Source: an uncultured Eubacteriales bacterium
Lineage (GTDB): Bacteria; Bacillota; Clostridia; Peptostreptococcales; Anaerovoracaceae
Length of the DNA stretch: 64,000 nucleotides
Direction: 5' to 3'
Assembly (NCBI GenBank): GCA_900545135.1
Contig: UQXL01000004.1
Span: 1,886 to 65,885, forward strand
The notes beneath the pieces were generated by a model. The model ran no database searches. It was not told the DNA's origin and saw only the letters and a list, made by a program, of their open reading frames with translations. A program made the translations under genes and the position numbers. Every line of letters starts with the position of its first letter. Within the stretch, counting starts at the first letter, position 1. Of this stretch, positions 37,465-46,844 are shown piece by piece.

Positions 37465-38358
37465 TTAAAACTCCCCCTCTGCGGCAAGACCGGCAGCCGA
37501 ACGCTGTGAATCCGCTGCCGGACGCTGCGAATACCTCTCTATAAGGCCTTTTGCCCATTCCATCAGCAGTTCCGAAAGCCGGTGAAAATCAGCTCTGTCC
37601 TTTACTTCAGCACTTTCCCCACCAATTTTTCCTGCTTTTTCCGCTTCCCGGGCAAATCTTCCTGCTTCCCGGGCAAATCTCTCCGCTTCCTTGGCAAATC
37701 TTTCCGCCTCTCCCAGCTCCGCTATCTTTTTCTCAGGGCCGTCAAGAGAGTTTATCAGTTCTTCTCTCGTCTTTAAATAAACGCCTTCTTCGCGGAAATA
37801 CTCCGCTCTGAGCACGAACCCGGCATGTTTAAATAGACCCTGCAGGATTTCAGAGCTTTTTTCATGGACCATATTATGGACTAAGCTATGATATATATTG
37901 CAGGCGCCTGTGTGAGCTGCCCTCGCAGCGTCCTTCCTGCTTATGGAATTCCTCAGCTTTTCCAGGCTGCCAAATACGTCCCTCGTATCATAGCAAAACT
38001 GAAACAGATCTGCTTTGTCCCAATTTTCAAGTTCCCCCATGCCTGACACAAATCCGCATATAAGCCCACGCTCAGGCAGCGCTGAAATAGCTCCATCATA
38101 TTTCTCTAAATCAGAAGCAGAAACATTGTCTAAAATCAGCACTATGTCTATGTCGCTGTCTTCTCTGGCTTCTCCCCTGCCGCGGCTTCCCTGTATTCCG
38201 ATAAACTCCACTCTGCCGCCAAAAGTTTCAAGCATAAGAGCACAGTAGTTTTCCAGCCATTTCTCTATATCAGTCATCTCATCTCCTAAGGCTATACCGC
38301 CAATTCCCACATATTTTCCTTTACAGTTTATTTTAACATACTGCCTCTGGTTTTGCAT
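37465..38358 (-). CDS. Minimal nucleotidyltransferase (Pol-beta superfamily) domain protein with an internal tandem ERFAREAG-type repeat
   Basis: GIQGSRGRGEAREDSDIDIVLIL is a GS-X9-13-DxD NTase motif. The C-terminal helical domain contains AERFAKEAERFAREAGRFAREAEKAG. Confidence 0.6.
   Translation of the reverse strand: MQNQRQYVKINCKGKYVGIGGIALGDEMTDIEKWLENYCALMLETFGGRVEFIGIQGSRGRGEAREDSDIDIVLILDNVSASDLEKYDGAISALPERGLICGFVSGMGELENWDKADLFQFCYDTRDVFGSLEKLRNSISRKDAARAAHTGACNIYHSLVHNMVHEKSSEILQGLFKHAGFVLRAEYFREEGVYLKTREELINSLDGPEKKIAELGEAERFAKEAERFAREAGRFAREAEKAGKIGGESAEVKDRADFHRLSELLMEWAKGLIERYSQRPAADSQRSAAGLAAEGEF
37631..37710. repeat. About 3.3 tandem copies of a 24-bp unit (cttcccgggcaaatcttcctg-like) inside the NTase coding sequence
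   Basis: ccgcttcccgggcaaatcttcctg / cttcccgggcaaatctctccg / cttccttggcaaatctttccg. This is an in-frame 8-aa repeat. Confidence 0.6.
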
Positions 38359-38460
38359 CAGCTTTTATGCCGCTTTTATACTGCCGCCATGTTCAAGCCG
38401 TCTTGACTGTCCCTCCGTTCAGTGTTAAAATCGTATACAATAAATCACTTGGGAGAAAAA

Positions 38461-39120
38461 ATGCTTACACTTGACTTTTTAAGCAACGATTATAAAGAAA
38501 AAAAGACTCAGGCTCAGATAGTAGAAGAAAACATTGAAATAGATATAATAACGGGCAGGATACCTGCAGGAAAGCGAATCAATGAGCAGGATATATGCAA
38601 AGCTTACAATATGAGCCGCACACCTGTCAGGGAAATTCTCCGCCGCATCGAGGGAAACGGCCTCGTGAAGTCGATACCCAACAGGGGTGTATTTGCCGTG
38701 GGACTGACTGCAGATGATATAGACGACCTCTATTATCTCAAGACAATTCTGGAAGTTCAGTGCGTCCGCTGGGCCGTGGAGCGGATAGAAGACTACCAGA
38801 TGGAGCTGCTGGAGGAAACCTTTGACTTCATGCAGTTTTATACCATGAGTAACGACCTGGAAAAAATACTGCGTATAAACGAAGGCTTCGACTCTATAAT
38901 TTATAACGCCGCCCACAACAAAGAACTGGAGGCAAGGCTTCTCAGGTACAACTTCCTTATAAAGCACGCCAACGCAGACATAAAATATCCTCTGAACTAT
39001 CTGCCGACAGTTTTGGAAGAACACCGCGCCATATACGACGCCTTTACCGCCAAAGATCCCGATGCCGGGGCCGAAGCCACCGAAATACACCTGTACAAAT
39101 CCATGCTGAGGCGAAAATAA
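38461..39120 (+). CDS. GntR-family (FadR/FCD subfamily) transcriptional regulator
   Basis: A gggag RBS precedes the ATG at 38461. Contains a wHTH (YNMSRTPVREILRRIEGNGLV) and an FCD domain. Confidence 0.75.
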   Translation: MLTLDFLSNDYKEKKTQAQIVEENIEIDIITGRIPAGKRINEQDICKAYNMSRTPVREILRRIEGNGLVKSIPNRGVFAVGLTADDIDDLYYLKTILEVQCVRWAVERIEDYQMELLEETFDFMQFYTMSNDLEKILRINEGFDSIIYNAAHNKELEARLLRYNFLIKHANADIKYPLNYLPTVLEEHRAIYDAFTAKDPDAGAEATEIHLYKSMLRRK

Positions 39121-39173
39121 AATTAAAACTCTGTACTGCGAAACATACCGCAGTCACAGAGTTTTTTAGTTTA

Positions 39174-39530
39174 TCATCCGCACAGCTTCTTATAGTTTTC
39201 CCCGAAGTCCATCATTGCGTCCAATATGGGCCTCATGCTCTCCCCCAGCTCCGACAGGGAATATTCAACTCTTGGCGGGACTTCGGCATATACAGTCCTT
39301 TTAACGATTCCGTCCGCTTCCATGGATCTGAGGCTGTCTGTCAGCACTTTCTGACTTATGCCTTCCAAAGATTTCTGCAATTCATTGAACCGACACGGTC
39401 TTTCCAGCAGATTGCGGAGAATGAGCAATTTCCATTTGCTTCCTATCAATGATACTGTAGTTGCCACAGGGCAGCTTGGCAGTTCTTCTTTTTTCTTCAC
39501 GGCAGTATCTCCCCTCTCTATTTTCAGCAT
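39174..39530 (-). CDS. HxlR-family transcriptional regulator (second copy)
   Basis: CPVATTVSLIGSKWKLLILRNL. Confidence 0.8.
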   Translation of the reverse strand: MLKIERGDTAVKKKEELPSCPVATTVSLIGSKWKLLILRNLLERPCRFNELQKSLEGISQKVLTDSLRSMEADGIVKRTVYAEVPPRVEYSLSELGESMRPILDAMMDFGENYKKLCG

Positions 39531-39741
39531 TGCATTAAAAATCTACTGTTACATTAAATTTTTACTATTGCATATTGGTCATTGCAATATAAATTTTTTT
39601 AAAAAATTTTCTCTCCCAATCCTCTGAATTCCAAAAAAGTCACAAAAAAGTAAGTATCCTCATAAAAAAATGCGTACTTGCGGCTATTTTACTGCGGCAA
39701 TAGAATGATAGCAGAAAATCAAAGTTAAGGAGGAACGAGCA

Positions 39742-40476
39742 TTGAACATTCAAACTTGCCTTGAAATACTGCGCCAGATCAAAGACGTTTCCTTTGCCAC
39801 GACGGACGAAAAAGGTATGCCACAGGTCCGCATCATCGATGTGATGCTTGTCGAAGACCGGAAGCTGTTTTTCTGCACAGCAAGGGGAAAAGATTTCTAC
39901 TGCCAGCTTGTCAGCTCCGGCAGCGTCGCCGTGGTCGGCATGAACAAGGATTATCAGATGGTGCGCCTCAGCGGAAAAGCCAAAAAGCTTACAGAGCAAA
40001 AGAAATGGATAGACCGCATATTCAGTGAAAATCCTTCCATGAACGACGTTTATCCCGGAGACATCCGCTATATACTGGAGCCGTTCTGCATAGAAAGCGG
40101 AGAAATTGAATTTTTCGACCTGGGCGTTTCGCCCATCTTCCGCCGGAAATTCTCAATGGATAAATCTCAAAAATGCGGTTTTCACATCACAGAAAGCTGT
40201 ATAGGCTGCGGAAAATGTCTGAAACTTTGTCCGCAAAAATGTATTGAAAGGGGAACGCCCTGCCGCATAAAACAGGAGCACTGTCTCCACTGCGGACTTT
40301 GCGCAAAGAACTGCCCTTTCCATCGTCATAGCCATAGTCCTCGGTCTGGCGCTGGGCGTCCTGATCAGCGAGTTTCAAAGAAGTTCCAAGCCTGTCATGG
40401 GCTTAGTAAACTTTGTCTACACCATACCGTCCATCTCACTGCTGGGATTTCTCATACCCTTTTCAGGCATAGGTGA
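39742..40476 (+). CDS. PNPOx-like FMN-binding domain fused to a 2x[4Fe-4S] ferredoxin domain. The native C-terminus is lost after ..CAKNCPF at about 40320, and the listed tail is junction read-through.
   Basis: The N-terminus is PNPOx-like. CIGCGKCLKLCP and CLHCGLCAKNCP are two CxxCxxCxxxCP motifs. The tail HRHSHSPRSGAG... overlaps the permease fragment in another frame. Confidence 0.6.
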   Translation: MNIQTCLEILRQIKDVSFATTDEKGMPQVRIIDVMLVEDRKLFFCTARGKDFYCQLVSSGSVAVVGMNKDYQMVRLSGKAKKLTEQKKWIDRIFSENPSMNDVYPGDIRYILEPFCIESGEIEFFDLGVSPIFRRKFSMDKSQKCGFHITESCIGCGKCLKLCPQKCIERGTPCRIKQEHCLHCGLCAKNCPFHRHSHSPRSGAGRPDQRVSKKFQACHGLSKLCLHHTVHLTAGISHTLFRHR

Positions 40477-40642
40477 CACGACCGCCGTCATCGCTCTGAC
40501 CGTATATGCCCTCTTGCCTATGGTCCGCAATACTTACGCCGGTCTGACCAACGTAAATCCCCTGCTGGTTGAAGCTGCCGCAGGTATGGGAAGCACCAAG
40601 TTTGAAGTACTGTACAAGAGCAAAATTCCGCTGGCATAGCCA
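40313..40642 (+). pseudogene. Internal fragment (~108 aa) of an OpuCB/OpuBB-type osmoprotectant ABC-transporter permease, lacking both ends
   Basis: The +1 frame reads ALSIVIAIVLGLALGVLISEFQRSSKPVMGLVNFVYTIPSISLLGFLIPFSGIGDTTAVIALTVYALLPMVRNTYAGLTNVNPLLVEAAAGMGSTKFEVLYKSKIPLA*, which is mid-protein BPD_transp_1 sequence with no start and a premature end. Confidence 0.6.
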
Positions 40643-41318
40643 GTCATCTTCGGCAGGTTTTGCTTACGACGGAAAACGCTTCAACAGATATTTCAGCGAT
40701 TTTGCGGAAAAGTACGGCTTCAGCGACATGTATACCGGAGGCTTTTATCCTTATGAAACACCGGAAGAACATTGGGCCTACTGGAGCCGCTATATAAAAA
40801 TTAACCGCTATGAAGACGCACCAAAGCCCGTATATGAAATGCTTCTGAGCCTTGTCAAAGACAAAGATTACTTCGTCATAACCACCAACGTAGACCACTG
40901 CTTTCAGAAAGCCGGCTTCGATAAGAGCAGATTGTTTTATACGCAGGGCGACTATGGTCCGTTTCAGTGTTCTGAGCCATGCTGCCAGAAGACCTATGAT
41001 AACGAAACGCAGATAGAGCGCATGGTTTCTGAGCAGTCAGAAATGAAGATACCATCAGAGCTCATACCAAAATGCCCTGTCTGCGGCAGACCCATGACCA
41101 TGAATCTCAGGTCAGACAGCCGTTTTGTCGAGGACGAGGGCTGGCACCGCGCTCTCAAGCGTTACGAATCGTTTCTGCAGAACCACAGAAAAGATCATGT
41201 TCTTTTCCTGGAGCTTGGCGTAGGCTACAACACCCCTGTCATCATCAAATATCCGTTCTGGCAGATGACAGCCGAAAATCCAAAATCGGTCTACGCTTGT
41301 ATCAATGAAAGGGAGTAA
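40569..41318 (+). CDS. SIR2-family protein (sirtuin fold with TTNVDH motif and Cys4 zinc site), 5'-truncated, so the GAGxS Rossmann motif is missing
   Basis: VITTNVDHCFQKAG aligns to the sirtuin TQNID..H..AG motif. CSEPCC...CPVCG is the zinc site, and LFLELGVGYNTPVI the C-terminal Rossmann strand. Only a TTG or internal ATG start is available, and the frame is closed 24 nt upstream. Confidence 0.55.
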   Translation: MKLPQVWEAPSLKYCTRAKFRWHSQSSSAGFAYDGKRFNRYFSDFAEKYGFSDMYTGGFYPYETPEEHWAYWSRYIKINRYEDAPKPVYEMLLSLVKDKDYFVITTNVDHCFQKAGFDKSRLFYTQGDYGPFQCSEPCCQKTYDNETQIERMVSEQSEMKIPSELIPKCPVCGRPMTMNLRSDSRFVEDEGWHRALKRYESFLQNHRKDHVLFLELGVGYNTPVIIKYPFWQMTAENPKSVYACINERE

Positions 41319-41396
41319 CCGGGAATATATCCTTTTTCGTTGTCAGACATTTTCAAAAAGTAAAAATATTATTTTTTTGAAACCGGGAGGGTGTAT

Positions 41397-42594
41397 GAAA
41401 ACGATAATCAGGACAGAATATCTGGAGCGAATCATTGAACTAAATCAGACTCCGGACATTAAAATTATTACAGGAATTCGCCGGGCAGGAAAGTCAGAAT
41501 TGATGCGGGCATATATTTCGTATCTGAAGAGTCATTTTGAAAACATCAATATTATCTTTATTGATTTTATGGATATGGAATATGAAGGGCTCAAAGAATA
41601 TCATGCTCTTCACACATATGTGGAAGAGCATTATCAGGCGGAAAAAACGAACTATGTTTTTGTGGACGAGGTCCAGATGTGTCCCAATTTTGAACTGGCA
41701 ATCAACAGCCTCTATTCGAAAAGAAAATATGATATTTATATTACGGGTTCCAATGCTTTTTTGCTGGGCGCAGAGTTGGCAACTTTATTTACCGGGCGTT
41801 ATATTGGAATCCATGTGTTCCCCTTTAGTTTCCGGGAATATTGTCAGTATTACAATGAGATTGACGACAAGGAGAAATTATTTGATGAGTATACGATAAA
41901 GGGAGGATTGGCAGGCTCTTATGCTTATAATACAGAAGCAGACATAATCCGCTATGTTAAGGAAGTCTATGAAACGATCGTTACAAGAGATCTTGTACAG
42001 AAATATTCTCTGACAGATACGCTGGTTTTACAGCGCCTGAGCGAGTTTCTTATGGACAACATCAGCAATCTGACTTCTCCAAATAAAGTCAGCCAGCTTA
42101 TGACAGCAAATAAAACAACTACCAACCATGTGACTGTCGGCAGATATATTAAGTATTTGTGCAATGCTTTTGTTTTTTACGATATAAAACGCTATGATAT
42201 TCGCGAAAAAAAATACCTTGGAAGCTCTGAAAAATTTTATCTGTGTGATACAGGTATCAGGTATGCGGTTCTGGGAAGTAGGAACATGGATTACGGAAGG
42301 GTATATGAGAATATATTCTGCATGGAACTGCTTCGTCGTGAGTATTCGGTATATGTTGGGAAACTGTACCAGAAGGAAATTGACTTTGTAGCACAAAAGG
42401 GAGATGAGAAAATATACATTCAGGTCAGTGACAATATTTCGGATCACAAAACCCTTGAAAGGGAATGCCAGCCATTACTGCAAATCCGTGATGCTTATCC
42501 CAAGAAAATTATTGCACGGACACAACACCCGAAATACAGTTACGAAGGAATCGAGATTTGTGATATTGTTGACTGGCTATTGCAGGAGGGATAA
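41397..42594 (+). CDS. AAA+ ATPase of the COG1373 type (AAA_14 plus DUF4143)
   Basis: A gggagg RBS precedes the ATG at 41397. Contains a P-loop (TGIRRAGKSELM) and Walker B (YVFVDEVQ), with a DUF4143-like C-terminal half. Confidence 0.7.
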
Positions 42595-42596
42595 AA

Positions 42597-43388
42597 ATGA
42601 ACACACTAGATCAGCTTTTAGAACTCAATGACATACTGCTCGATGAAATGCCCCAGTACAGACAGCAGGCCCTGCTTTTCGGAAAGGACCGTCAGAATCA
42701 GTGGAATCTTTTCCGTTCCCTCGTCAACATCAGGCCTGCCATGCCTGCCAGCCGTGAATTTATAGAACTGCAGGACGCGCTGCTGCAAGGTGAAATCGAG
42801 AAAAAAGGCATAACGAACGTCAGCGATTTGACTCCAGTGCATGATAATCTCTATCTTTGGCATGGAGATATAACGACGCTCAAGGCCGGAGCCATCGTAA
42901 ACGCCGCCAACAGCGGCCTCACCGGCTGCTATCACCCGTGTCACGGCTGCATAGACAATGCGATTCACACATACGCCGGAGTGCAGCTGAGGCTGGAATG
43001 TGCGCAGCTGGTGGAAAAACAGGGTTTCCCCGAACCTACCGGCCGCGCAAAGATCCCCGGCGCATATAATCTGCCGTGCGAGCACGTAATCCATACGGTC
43101 GGTCCTATAATCTCAGGCGCGCTTTCACAGGAAGACCGCAGACTGCTGGCTTCATGCTACCGCTCATGTCTCGATGTTGCTGTAGAAAATCATATGAGCA
43201 GCATCGACTTTTGCTGTATTTCCACGGGAGAATTTCATTTTCCGCCGGAGGAAGCGGCAAATATCGCCCTGAGAACCGTAATGGATTACAAAAAAGAAAA
43301 CAACTGCTCCGTAGATGTGATATTCAATGTGTTTACAGACAGAGACTATAACATCTATAAGCAGCTGATAAACTGTGATTTTTGCTGA
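42597..43388 (+). CDS. Macro-domain protein with a ~70-aa N-terminal extension (protein-ADP-ribose hydrolase type)
   Basis: AIVNAANSGLTGC..GCIDNAIHTYAG..IHTVGP matches the macro-domain consensus (IVNAAN..L.GGGV..AIH.AAG). Its length and extension are those of the sirtuin-linked macro proteins. Confidence 0.75.
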   Translation: MNTLDQLLELNDILLDEMPQYRQQALLFGKDRQNQWNLFRSLVNIRPAMPASREFIELQDALLQGEIEKKGITNVSDLTPVHDNLYLWHGDITTLKAGAIVNAANSGLTGCYHPCHGCIDNAIHTYAGVQLRLECAQLVEKQGFPEPTGRAKIPGAYNLPCEHVIHTVGPIISGALSQEDRRLLASCYRSCLDVAVENHMSSIDFCCISTGEFHFPPEEAANIALRTVMDYKKENNCSVDVIFNVFTDRDYNIYKQLINCDFC

Positions 43389-43418
43389 CTGCCGGTATAA
43401 AAAGCGGCAGAAAGCGCT

Positions 43419-43994
43419 TTATCCCAGGATTCCCAGATGCTCCAGGAGGATCTTTATTCCTATGAGAATCAGTATGGTTCCTCCTGCCAGCGTCGCTTTA
43501 TTTTTATATTTAGCGCCGAATTTATTTCCTATCACTACACCGATGGCTGACAGCATGAACGTGGTCACTCCTATGATCAGGACAGCCATCTCTATCTCAA
43601 CTCTGAGAAAGGCGAAAGAAATGCCTACTGCCAAAGCGTCGATGCTGGTGGCCACAGCGAGAACGAGAACTTCTCTCAGCTTAAGCTTTATCTCTTTGAC
43701 ATCGCAGCTGGCGGCTTCATCGTCCTTCACCACATCCAGAATCATCTTTCCGCCGATAAAGGCCAAAAGAGCAAAGGCGATCCAATGATCTACAGAAACT
43801 ATGTACTCTTCGAACTGTTTTCCCAGGAAATATCCTATAAGCGGCATGAGCGCCTGAAAGCCACCGAAAAATATTGCTATCGTAAGAATGTTTTCTGCTG
43901 TCGCTCTTCTCATACACAGCCCTTTGCATATAGACGCCGCGAAAGCATCCATAGAAAGGCCTATGCCAATCATCAGTACCTCAAAAAAACCCAT
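43419..43994 (-). CDS. mntP: Manganese efflux pump MntP
   Basis: MGFFEVLMIGIGLSMDAFAASI.. with duplicated DUF204 halves. The listed ORF extends to 44039. Confidence 0.75.
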   Translation of the reverse strand: MGFFEVLMIGIGLSMDAFAASICKGLCMRRATAENILTIAIFFGGFQALMPLIGYFLGKQFEEYIVSVDHWIAFALLAFIGGKMILDVVKDDEAASCDVKEIKLKLREVLVLAVATSIDALAVGISFAFLRVEIEMAVLIIGVTTFMLSAIGVVIGNKFGAKYKNKATLAGGTILILIGIKILLEHLGILG

Positions 43995-44103
43995 ATTGCC
44001 TCCCAGCCAAATAGCGCAAAACACTTTATTATTGTACAACAGAATACGCCGGGAGGCAATAAAATATTATCTTGCGCTTATCTCTAGCGCCTATCTCGCA
44101 ATA

Positions 44104-46695
44104 TTATCTTGCGCTTATCTTAAGCGCTTCGCCGTCTGAATCTATCAGAACGGTCTGTCCGTCTACGACGTCGCCGCTTATGATCATGGAAGCTATTTCA
44201 GTCTCTATATTCTTCTGCAGATAACGCTTTACAGGTCTTGCTCCGTAGTGAGCGTCGTAAGCCTGGTCAGCGATGAAGCTCTTGGCTTCCTCAGTAAGTT
44301 CAAGGCTCATATCCCTGTCTTTAAGTTTCTTTTCAAGACCGACAAGGGACAAGCCGATTATATCCATGATCTGAGTCTTGGTGAGCGGGCTGAAGAGAAT
44401 TATGTCGTCTATCCTGTTGAGGAACTCAGGTCTGAAATAGTTTTTAAGCTGTCCCGTCACCCTCTCCTCCACTTCGGAAGAGATTTTACCGTCTTCCTGC
44501 ATGTTCTCGATCAGGTCGCTGCTTCCGATGTTGGAAGTCATTATGACGATGGTGTTCTTAAAGTCTACCGTTCGTCCCTGATTGTCCGTCAGGCGTCCGT
44601 CGTCCAAAAGCTGGAGCAGGATATTAAAAACGTCGGGATGAGCTTTCTCTATCTCATCGAACAGGATAACGCTGTAAGGTTTACGACGGACGGCTTCCGT
44701 CAGCTGTCCTCCTTCGTCGTAGCCCACGTATCCCGGAGGCGCACCTACAAGTCTGGATACTGAATGTTTTTCCATGTACTCGGACATGTCTATCCTTATC
44801 ATGTTTTTCTCAGTATCAAACAGGGCTTCTGACAGCGCCTTGGCCAGCTCCGTCTTTCCTACGCCTGTAGGTCCGAGGAAGATGAATGAACCTATAGGCC
44901 TGTTTTCATCTTTCAGTCCTGCTCTCGCTCTCAGTATGGCTTCGGAAACAGCCTGAACTCCGTCCTCCTGACCTATTACTCTCTTGTGAAGTATGTCGGG
45001 AAGTCTGAGCAGCTTTTCTCTTTCGCTTTCCACCAGCTTGCTTACAGGGATCCCTGTCCAGCCGGAAATGACCTCGGCGATTTCTTCTTCCGTGACTTCT
45101 TCCTTGAGAAGTCTTTCTTCATCGGCTTTGGCGGCAGCAGACTTTTCTTCCTCCAGCTTTTTCTCCAGCTCCGGCAGCGTGCCGTATTTGAGCTGCGCAA
45201 GCTTCTCCAGATCGTAATTTCTTTCCGCCTCTTCCATCTGGTGGCGCACTTCTTCTATCTGCTGTTTCGTCGCTTTTGCCTCGGAAATAGTCTTTTTCTC
45301 AGTCTCCCATTTTGCTCTCATCAGAGCGTCCTCTTCTTTCAGAGATGCCAGTTCTTTTTCGAGAGCTTCCAGCCTTGCCTTGGAGCCTTTGTCCGTTTCT
45401 TTGCCGAGAGCTTGTTTTTCAATTTCCAGCTGCATTATCTTTCTTGAGATCTCATCCAGCTCGGCTGGCATGCTGTCGATCTCCGTCCTTATTCTGGCGG
45501 CAGCTTCGTCCATCAGGTCTATGGCCTTGTCCGGCAGGAATCTGTCGCTTATATACCTGTCGGAAAGCGTTGCGCAGGCGATGAGCGCTCCGTCGGTGAT
45601 CCTTACGCCGTGGTGTATCTCAAATCTCTCCTTGAGTCCTCTCAGTATGGAAATGGTATCCTCTACCGTCGGCTGATCGACAAGGACTTTCTGGAATCTT
45701 CTCTCCAGCGCCGCGTCTTTTTCGATGTACTTTCTGTACTCGTCCAGCGTAGTCGCGCCTATGCAGTGCAGCTCGCCCCTTGCCAGCTTAGGCTTGAGCA
45801 GGTTGCCTGCGTCCATGGAGCCTTCCGTTCTGCCGGCTCCCACGATATTGTGTATCTCGTCTATGAACAGGATTATTCTGCCCTCTGATTTTTCCACTTC
45901 GTTGAGTACGGCCTTCAGCCTTTCCTCGAATTCTCCCCTGAACTTGGCTCCTGCGATCAATGCTCCCATGTCGAGGGCGAAGATGGTCTTGTCTTTAAGA
46001 CCCTCAGGAACATCGCCGTTTAAGATTCTCTGGGCCAGCCCCTCTACGACTGCCGTCTTGCCTACGCCAGGCTCTCCGATGAGGACAGGATTGTTCTTGG
46101 TTCTCCTGGAAAGTATCTGTATGGCATGTCTGATCTCCGCATCTCTTCCTATTACAGGGTCGAGCTTGCCGTCTCTTGCCATCTGTACCAGATCTCTGCC
46201 GTATTTAGTTAGGGCGTCGTAGTTATCCTCTGGATTCTGGCTGGTGACTCTCTGGTTTCCCCTTACTTTTGAAAGGGCTTCAAGAAATTTATCCTTGGTT
46301 ATGCCGAACTTGGCGAAAATCCTGCTGCTCGGCGTATTCTTTTCCTCCAGCAAAGCCAGATACATGTGTTCTACGCTGACGTACTCGTCCTTAAACTGCT
46401 CGGCTATCTTTTCGGAATTCATCAGTATCTGCGAAAGTCTTCTCGATGAATACATGTTGTCGGCAGCTCCCGATACTTTAGGCAGTTTTTCCAGCTCTTC
46501 CTGCAAATCCGCGATGACCGAAGTTACGTCTATGTTGCTGTATTGCAGCAGCTTAGGAATCAAACCGTCTTTCTGCATCAGCAGCGCCAGATGCAGATGT
46601 TCCCCTTCCAGCATCTGATGTCCCTCAGAAATAGCTATGTTCTGACATTCAACTATAGCTGACTGCGCATTCTGTGTATATTTTTCTATGTTCAT
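44104..46695 (-). CDS. clpB: ATP-dependent chaperone ClpB
   Basis: 863 aa with two AAA+ modules, a middle coiled-coil, and GxxGVGKT Walker A twice. Confidence 0.95.
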   Translation of the reverse strand: MNIEKYTQNAQSAIVECQNIAISEGHQMLEGEHLHLALLMQKDGLIPKLLQYSNIDVTSVIADLQEELEKLPKVSGAADNMYSSRRLSQILMNSEKIAEQFKDEYVSVEHMYLALLEEKNTPSSRIFAKFGITKDKFLEALSKVRGNQRVTSQNPEDNYDALTKYGRDLVQMARDGKLDPVIGRDAEIRHAIQILSRRTKNNPVLIGEPGVGKTAVVEGLAQRILNGDVPEGLKDKTIFALDMGALIAGAKFRGEFEERLKAVLNEVEKSEGRIILFIDEIHNIVGAGRTEGSMDAGNLLKPKLARGELHCIGATTLDEYRKYIEKDAALERRFQKVLVDQPTVEDTISILRGLKERFEIHHGVRITDGALIACATLSDRYISDRFLPDKAIDLMDEAAARIRTEIDSMPAELDEISRKIMQLEIEKQALGKETDKGSKARLEALEKELASLKEEDALMRAKWETEKKTISEAKATKQQIEEVRHQMEEAERNYDLEKLAQLKYGTLPELEKKLEEEKSAAAKADEERLLKEEVTEEEIAEVISGWTGIPVSKLVESEREKLLRLPDILHKRVIGQEDGVQAVSEAILRARAGLKDENRPIGSFIFLGPTGVGKTELAKALSEALFDTEKNMIRIDMSEYMEKHSVSRLVGAPPGYVGYDEGGQLTEAVRRKPYSVILFDEIEKAHPDVFNILLQLLDDGRLTDNQGRTVDFKNTIVIMTSNIGSSDLIENMQEDGKISSEVEERVTGQLKNYFRPEFLNRIDDIILFSPLTKTQIMDIIGLSLVGLEKKLKDRDMSLELTEEAKSFIADQAYDAHYGARPVKRYLQKNIETEIASMIISGDVVDGQTVLIDSDGEALKISAR

Positions 46696-46772
46696 GATAT
46701 CACCCCTTTTTAGTCTTTCTCGATGTTTACATTTTTATTTTACACCTGCGGAAAACAAATGTAAAGCATTTT

Positions 46773-46799
46773 TTAGCACTCGTCTCAAAAGAGTGCTAA
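46773..46799. promoter_or_regulatory. CIRCE element (HrcA operator), TTAGCACTC-N9-GAGTGCTAA, upstream of clpB
   Basis: A perfect consensus read directly, 78-104 nt upstream of the clpB start. Confidence 0.8.
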
Positions 46800-46844
46800 T
46801 AATTTTACAATTATTACTTACCCATTATTATTGTCTTTAATCAT

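Noticed and set aside
35898-38358. Annotating the NTase-ATPase-CAT cluster as a functional antibiotic-resistance cassette (lnu/ant plus cat)
   Set aside because: The NTase does not match the ANT(6) or LnuB sequences I can recall beyond the generic motif. The CAT-like gene appears N-terminally truncated, and no mobile-element genes flank the cluster. It is kept as an unresolved module.
44040-44103. yybP-ykoY manganese riboswitch upstream of mntP
   Set aside because: The conserved GAGUAG-containing helices are absent on the minus strand. The interval is only ~60 nt and is occupied by direct repeats.
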